A stretch of DNA of 64,000 nt from Lineus longissimus (Eukaryota). The notes under the pieces are model-generated. The model did no database searches. It was given only the letters and a program-made list of their open reading frames with translations, and had not been told where the DNA came from. Position numbers and translations under genes: made by a program. Where the stretch lies: positions 1,860,001 to 1,924,000 of the forward strand of contig NC_088308.1 in assembly GCF_910592395.1 (NCBI RefSeq). The letters run 5' to 3'. Positions 52,301 through 64,000 of this stretch are shown here, one piece after another; position 1 is the stretch's first letter; every line of letters starts with the position of its first letter.

Positions 52301-55300
52301 ACAACTCACCTGTTCTGTGCATTGCTTGATAAACATCTGACATTCATTGTACTGACTAAGCGCATCCTGCACCATCCTTATCAACTCCATATCCGGTGTA
52401 ATCTTGACATCGACTGCCGAGACGAGGCCTATAGCATTCTGGATCAGATCCTGTGAGCTGTTGTCAGTTGGGAACTGAATCCTCATCAGTTTCACCTTGT
52501 TCACTGTTGACATCAGTGTTTTCAGTTTGTTTGAAATGTTGAGATCACATGCTCGCTTGGACACAGCAGCACATTCCTCTGTTACAAGCTGAAAGATTAT
52601 TGCAAACTCTTGATTCAAGATTGTTTGAGAGCCAATAGAAAAGTGTTCAAAATCGACTTTCTCTCATATTCCTAAATTCTTGTCATGAAATGCAAATCAT
52701 ATTTAACAGGAAAGTCAAGACATCAAACATTGCATTTCTTCAAAAGTGGCCTGACATGATATGACATTGACTGACCCTTATTACCTAACCTCTCAATTCA
52801 TTGCATCCACCAATTTCCCATGTACTCTCACAACTAAGAATTCCTTACCTTCATTCGACCTTTCAAAGTTCCAAGTTCCAACAGTGCTGACTCCTTTTCC
52901 GCTACAGCCTTGGTAAACTCCCCTTGAAGCTTATTAATCTCACGGTTTGCTTTCTCTAACTTCAACTGGAGATTGTCTTGGCGGATGCCCCCCTTCCTGT
53001 CCCCACCAGGGCCAACTCCACCCCGGTTCATCTGGTTACCCTGTGGAGAAATCACTGGACGGTTTGACATCTGGTTCGACATCTGACCCGACATCTGGTT
53101 CTGCATTGGCATCTGCTGAAGAGCTGGTTGTCCCCAGCTTGATTGATTCTGCTGCTGCATGCTGTGTTGATGCTGAACGCCCCATTGCTGGGGTTGGGGT
53201 TCCTGGGGCATCTGTTCAGGAGCACCCCATTCATCTCCACATCTTGGACCTGCACCCCAACCACTATTGCTCTGGCCCATGTTTTGTTGTGGATACGCTC
53301 CCTTTGGCCTTTGTTCGCTGGAAATGAAAACAGAATTAGGTCAAGTTTAATCAGTCTAAATACCAAACTCTGATATCGAACCTACAAGGAAGACAACAAA
53401 TCTTTTGAGATGAAGTTCATTCTTGCACCATTTTGTTAGACATAGTGAGTCTTGAACTGAGGGCACTCTACGGTAATGAAAATGGATATTTAGGGCTGGC
53501 TGCGCCTCCAATAAACAAGCAGGAGGACTATATTGTAGCTTTGGAGCAACACCAAGGAGACCATGCAGACAACTCAACAGAACAATACGTCACTTATCAG
53601 GGACAGCAGGTAATTCCTGAAGATTACCTTTGCTGCACTGGTTTCTCCTCAAAGTCACTTCTTTGAACATTCCTGGGTCCTTTAAGGTTATTGTGATCAA
53701 CCGAACCAGTCGACTTCTTCTTCAAATAGCCATCATTTATCATAGGGACCGTGAGGCTTTGTCCGTCGATTGTAAGGTCAACAGCTGTGGCGCCACTGAT
53801 AGGTTCTTTCCCAAAGACAATCGCGTCTACAAGCTTACCGTCAGTCGCTTCTTTCAGGTAATTCACAGCCTGAAAAGGTCACACAGACAATTACAGTAGA
53901 ACCTCTCTTATCGGACACCTCTCTAATAAGTTCAACCTTTCTATTAAGGACACTAGTTTTGGTCCCAAATTGGTTATTTCCATTCAATTTGACCTCTCTA
54001 ATCAGAACACCTCTCTATTAAGGACAGCATTTGTCAGTCCCGAGGGTGTCCTTAATAGAGAGGTTCTACTGTAACTACATTACAATGGTGTACAAGTACT
54101 AAAATCACACTTTCACTTTCACATTCGAATGCTTCCCTGTTGAACCAATATTTGGGAAGGAAATTGAAACTGAAATGGACTCCAATGAACTGCATAATTG
54201 TGGGGGAGCTCGAGAACCCAAGCGGACAAGTTAACTTGAAAATAATGGAATGACACAAGAAGAATACTAACTGCCTTGTAATCGGAACTTTCTGCATCAT
54301 CTGCAGCAAGTTCCAATCCATGAAACACATACTTCTCGGCGTGCGGACTTGCAGCAAGGAGTGTATTTGGCACTTCCACTATTTGTTTGTTTTCTACCAC
54401 TTCATTATTACCATAATCAATGTACTGAACAAGCGTCTGAAGAAGAGATAATCAACAATCAAACAACACCCAAATAAAAGTCTTGTACGAGCTGGCAAGG
54501 CGATGAGAAAGCAAACAGCTTCTGATTGATACCTCTGTCATCATCCCTGGCAATACTATGACATCCTTTTTATATACTTACTTGAGTTTCAGAAACATAA
54601 CTCAAAGGTTTGCATCGATACCACTGACCATCTTCGGAGAATAAAGCGCCATAAATCTGCACAAGAAAAGACAAATAAATTTAACTAGTGTTTTCAACTC
54701 ATTTTGCAGTCAAATAAACAAAAAAAGGAAACAGCAGTACAAATAAATACTGGGCGGTGCCAGATCAGAAAGTGCTCTGATACATGTAGGTATTATAACT
54801 AAAAAAGAAGGTCAGAATGCAGGAGATTTACTTCAAGTTACCCTTCTGTTCACTAATTACATGAAGCAAGTAATATCTCTCTCAGTAACATGAATGAAAC
54901 AACTGATCGACAATTTTCACAAGCTGAAGTTGACAGACACATCTCAAGAACTAACCTTTGCAAAGTTTGGCCTTCCAGTAACAGGAGGAGACAAGGGACA
55001 AATATTTAACAAATCTTCTGAGAGTTTGACTAGTTCTTGTGCCCTGTTGTCCTTTATCTCTTGGCCCCAAAATGAATTGGGGCCATCAACATAGCTTATG
55101 ATCATCTGTTCAAACCCCTGATCTTTCTCATGTTCAGGCTCCTTTGGTTCTGATGGGACCGAGGATTGCCAGTGGCTTATCTGGGGAGGATTGCCTGTCT
55201 GTGAAGAATCATCTTCTGACGGTGACGATGAATGGTTACGGTTGCCCATATAAGACTGGTTAACAATATGTGGTGGATTGGCTCCTATATAAGGTTGGTT

Positions 55301-57228
55301 ACCAATCATATGAGGTTGGTTACCACTCATTTGAGGCTGATTAGCAACCAACTGAGGTGGGTTTCCCATCTGTGATCGAAAATTTGTTTGTTGTGGCCGG
55401 CCCATTTTGACTGAAAGATAGATAAAATGACAATTTGATAACAGCCAGTAGAACATCTATAACCTTGAATATCTTCTTGATTGCGTTCACTAGACCAGAC
55501 CAAATTGCATTCAGCTTTTCTTACTGATAAAGCATGTGTTGATTACCTCCACAAATTTACCTACGATCACAAAAATAAAACAAAATTCAACATTCAGTTT
55601 TGTAAGTTATTCGACCAGTTAGTGTTCTTGAAGGATAGATTTTAGATTTTATGTAACATACACGTACATACCTAGATCAGGTTTTTCGCCCATCATTTGG
55701 GTTTTCGGTGGTGGACGGTTAAAAATTTGGGGTCGTCTCTGCCCATCACTGCCCAGTGACTGGTTGCTGGGCCTGTCCCTATCAACAAAAACATTATGAT
55801 CACTCATAAAAAGGGTCGGACTTTACTTTGCGCACAGACAACATTATAATAGAGAGTAAGGACACCCAAGTAGAAAGTATTAACACAGGAGAGAAGAGTC
55901 TTACAGCCAGGGTTTGTGGGAGGGTACTGGGGACGCATCCCTGTCATGAGTGGTTCGCATCTGTTACCAATCTTAAACTTTTTACTCACTCTTTTTTCTT
56001 TGCCGACGACCTCTTGACAAGGAGGCTTCTTCCATCAAACTCAGAGCCATTCAATTCCTTACAGGCAAGTTCAGCATCTTTCTCATCCAAAAATCGGACA
56101 AATCTGCAGTCAAGAAAATAGTTACTAATGCAAAACAATCTCAAGTCAGGGAAGAATCTGAATAAACAAATAATCATTACAAAGTTCCACACCACAGAAA
56201 AGAGGCTTTTTCAATTTTCAAATTTTCTCTAAACTTTTCATATATAGGGACTTAAAAATACTGAGTTAAGAGCTGAAGAGTTGCCCTCTCTTCCTCATGA
56301 GTATACCACGACAAACGTGGAACCAAATCTGGGACCTCAGAGGTGACCGGTGCTGATGTTTCCACTGAGCCCTAAATTAAATTCCTCAAAGAAATAAATC
56401 AGCCAAGAGAAAATGACTTACGAAATCTTTTCTTCTGCACCTCTATTTGATTCTATCACTACCACAGAATGTATTTTACCATAGGGTCTAAAATACTCTT
56501 CTATCCGTTCCTGAAATTAACAATTTAGAAGCCATTTAAGAAGTAGGGAGGAATTGTCTCTTTCATCATAAAGTTTGTTTTGGTGCTGACCAGTCATGCG
56601 TTCCACCTGTAGAACAAAGGGTCACAGTGGCTTAGGGCATTGTCTGAAATTGGCTTATGCTAGGCCTTTTGACACCTTTGTTTAGTTTGGGCTCTGGTTT
56701 GTCTTTGACGACATTGTCCATTGCCATTCGATCCCCTGTCCCCGACTGCACTGTAAGGACTAACATCAAGGTTCTTGCCGGTCTTATCAAACGCCTTCAT
56801 TTGACATTAACATCAAGCCAGCAGCCTAAGCACTTTATCACTACTGACCATACCAGTGTTAGCCTACCACTTTCACTTTGGCACGGTTGACCGATCCGAT
56901 ACCCAGTCCCAGTATGATTTACCGTATCAAAAATGATCAATTTGTTAAGGTTGCTTAAATACCAGCAAACTCTGATAGGCCCTATCGGCAAAGAAAAACG
57001 CATAGTGGCTATTCACAAGTAAAAAATGGTGAAGTTTACTTTTATCAAGAGTGCATGCATGTATTTAGTACAATACATAACCTCTACTCTCATGACTCTG
57101 TACATTTGTACACAAAAATAAGCATTGTTTACCCGGTTATTCATGGCGATATCCCCGGGCAGATTTCCTACGAAAACATCATAGGTTGTAGTGCCCCCAT
57201 GTATACTTGGGCCGACGTTACTTGTCAT
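46371..57228 (-). CDS. STK31: STK31/TDRD8-like protein: RRM + Tudor + low-complexity Q/WG region + coiled coil + pseudokinase + acidic tail, about 1397 aa, 26 exons
   Basis: Exons (minus) 57228-57133, 56510-56422, 56103-55990, 55778-55672, 55410-54956, 54656-54582, 54436-54272, 53869-53628, 53317-52849, 52588-52310, 52042-51815, 51631-51542, 51240-51124, 50925-50677, 50463-50365, 50111-50031, 49651-49529, 49248-49129, 48898-48668, 48444-48319, 48106-48038, 47839-47688, 47390-47242, 47087-46915, 46633-46573, 46405-46371 give a continuous frame (4194 nt). RRM: VFVGNLP...SFVRF...ELNGSEFDGRSLLV. Tudor: ISYVDGPNSFWGQ...YGALFSEDGQWYR...VQYIDYGNNE. STK31-type HFPEL motif. Kinase-like: AILKEY, LHQANIIHGAIKTENILL, AEFDFTKS, NAPE, ADIFSFG. 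Confidence 0.88.
46757..46800. mobile_element. SINE core fragment
   Basis: GGAGGAAACTGGAGACCCGGAAGAAAC resembles the widespread metazoan SINE core motif GGAGGAAACCGGAG.ACCCGGAG.AAACCCAC as I recall it. Confidence 0.35.
53894..54071. mobile_element. Tc1/mariner (pogo/Tigger-like) MITE, 178 bp, in an STK31 intron
   Basis: TIRs CAGTAGAACCTCTC...GAGAGGTTCTACTG flanked by TA on both sides (53892-53893, 54072-54073), with internal ACACCTCTCTA..AAGGACA repeats. Confidence 0.85.
56300..56371 (-). mobile_element. Decayed tRNA-derived SINE head fragment
   Basis: The minus strand reads GGCTCAGTGG (A-box like)...CACCTCTGAGGTCCCAGATTTGGTTCC (degenerate B-box). It does not fold as a full tRNA. Confidence 0.35.
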
Positions 57229-57329
57229 AGTTGCCCTTCAACAAGACCTCAACGCAAATAATCGCTCTATCAGCAGGAAATATCGAGTCTTTTTGGGAGT
57301 CGAAACGTCAACTTGACACAGTTAGCATG

Positions 57330-57450
57330 GATGCCGGCGACGTGCACGTGTGCACTTCGGGAATTTTCGCTGATGCATAAATTATTCATCGGTTTGTTTA
57401 CGTTTATTTCCGAAAACAGAGCGCACGTGGTTTAGGGGGCGTGGCATTCT
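57330..57450 (-). promoter_or_regulatory. Probable proximal promoter of the STK31-like gene
   Basis: CpG-richer patch 100-220 bp upstream of the ATG at 57228, with E-boxes (GACGTGCACGTG near 57340, GCACGTGG near 57423) and a GC/KLF box GGGGGCGTGGC near 57435. Confidence 0.45.
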
Positions 57451-58460
57451 TTTGAGTTGGAAGTATTTCACTGAACAACTTTTGTGACGTCATTTATTTA
57501 ATCTAAATGAGTACCCTCTTTGGTTCAGTGACGATGGCCGGAGGCGTTGACTAAACCTTGGCCGGGGTCCCGATGAGGAATACCAATTGCCGCAACAATT
57601 CAAGTCGGCGACAGCATCTTATACTAACTTATAGTTCATGTGTGGCCCTAGTGTAACAATATGCTTCATGATTAAATCCATTGATCAGACATTTAGGAGT
57701 CCTCTGAGCTGTTTCCCACACATCTGACATCATCTTGGCCTATTCCCAGAAGTCTGTAGTGTTCCATGGTTTGTCTCAAACAACTGTTGTAAAAAATTGA
57801 CCAAACGCCAAAATAACAATAAATAGATTTTAATTCTTCGCTTTCTATCTGTACAGATAAATCATTAAGATGAAGAAAAGTAATGCTAACTATACAGCTT
57901 TACAAGTTCCATATATCATTGCCAACTGCCAATCATTTCACACCCTATTTCAAAGCGTCGAAAATGGTCTCATTGTATGGCAAGGCCAAACTTCAATTGA
58001 GGATAATACATTGATAGATGCCATTTCACAGCCAATAGATCCAAAGAAAGCCCAGGTTTGTACTTAGTACAAAATTATGCTACATTTGGGAGTAAATTCA
58101 TTCAGGTAATCACAACTTCCAGCAAAATTGACTTCCAGCTGTCGTCTGGTACACCAGAGTGCCATCTGCTGTCTGAATTCAAAGCCATATCAAAGATTCC
58201 AAAATGACAACACATTACATGTAACATGGCATATTCGTATTAAGAATGAAACATTGAAATATCATATCTCTAAGCACCTCCAAGCGGATGAAAGGACATT
58301 GTAGCTGATCCTCATTTTCAAAATTGGCACAGTTTTGTTGAGTGAAAAAATAGTATATTTCTTTTTGTCTCCAATGCTGAATGCATACATGTATAACTAC
58401 ACAGTCTGTCATCTATGTCTGGAATCCTATAAAAATGTCGACCTATTCAGCTATTCCAGG

Positions 58461-63918
<5,458 letters not shown>

Positions 63919-64000
63919 CTAAAAGTGGAAATATACGTTAGATATATTTGAACCATTAACTCAACTTGAGGTTCATTTCACTCCAACAAGTTTGCCATCA

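Overview
Eukaryotic (metazoan, probably marine invertebrate bilaterian) genomic DNA with GT-AG introns; there is no prokaryotic content. I reconstructed six spliced protein-coding genes by hand, checking splice phases. (1) NDNF/Nord-like secreted FN3 protein (minus strand, 3 coding exons, about 553 aa). (2) Rhodopsin-class neuropeptide GPCR of the RYamide/luqin-tachykinin-GPR83 neighbourhood (plus, 5 exons, about 423 aa) with a non-canonical NVxxY in TM7. (3) PICK1 (minus, 10 exons) with two candidate alternative first coding exons and a 16x41-bp hairpin-bearing minisatellite just after its stop codon. (4) FBXL15 (plus, 3 coding exons), head-to-head with PICK1 across an ETS+NRF1 promoter. (5) A 26-exon STK31/TDRD8-like gene (minus, about 1397 aa) combining RRM, Tudor, a WG-repeat/Q-rich disordered region, coiled coil and a pseudokinase. 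(6) The 3' part of CEP131 (minus). Introns carry several MITEs (piggyBac-like TTAA, Tc1/mariner-like TA, a long hairpin element) and palindromes. The most intriguing signal is the STK31-like architecture, whose four WG motifs next to a Tudor domain suggest a possible Argonaute/PIWI-binding germ-granule scaffold. Gene identities rest on recalled family motifs; no database search was run.
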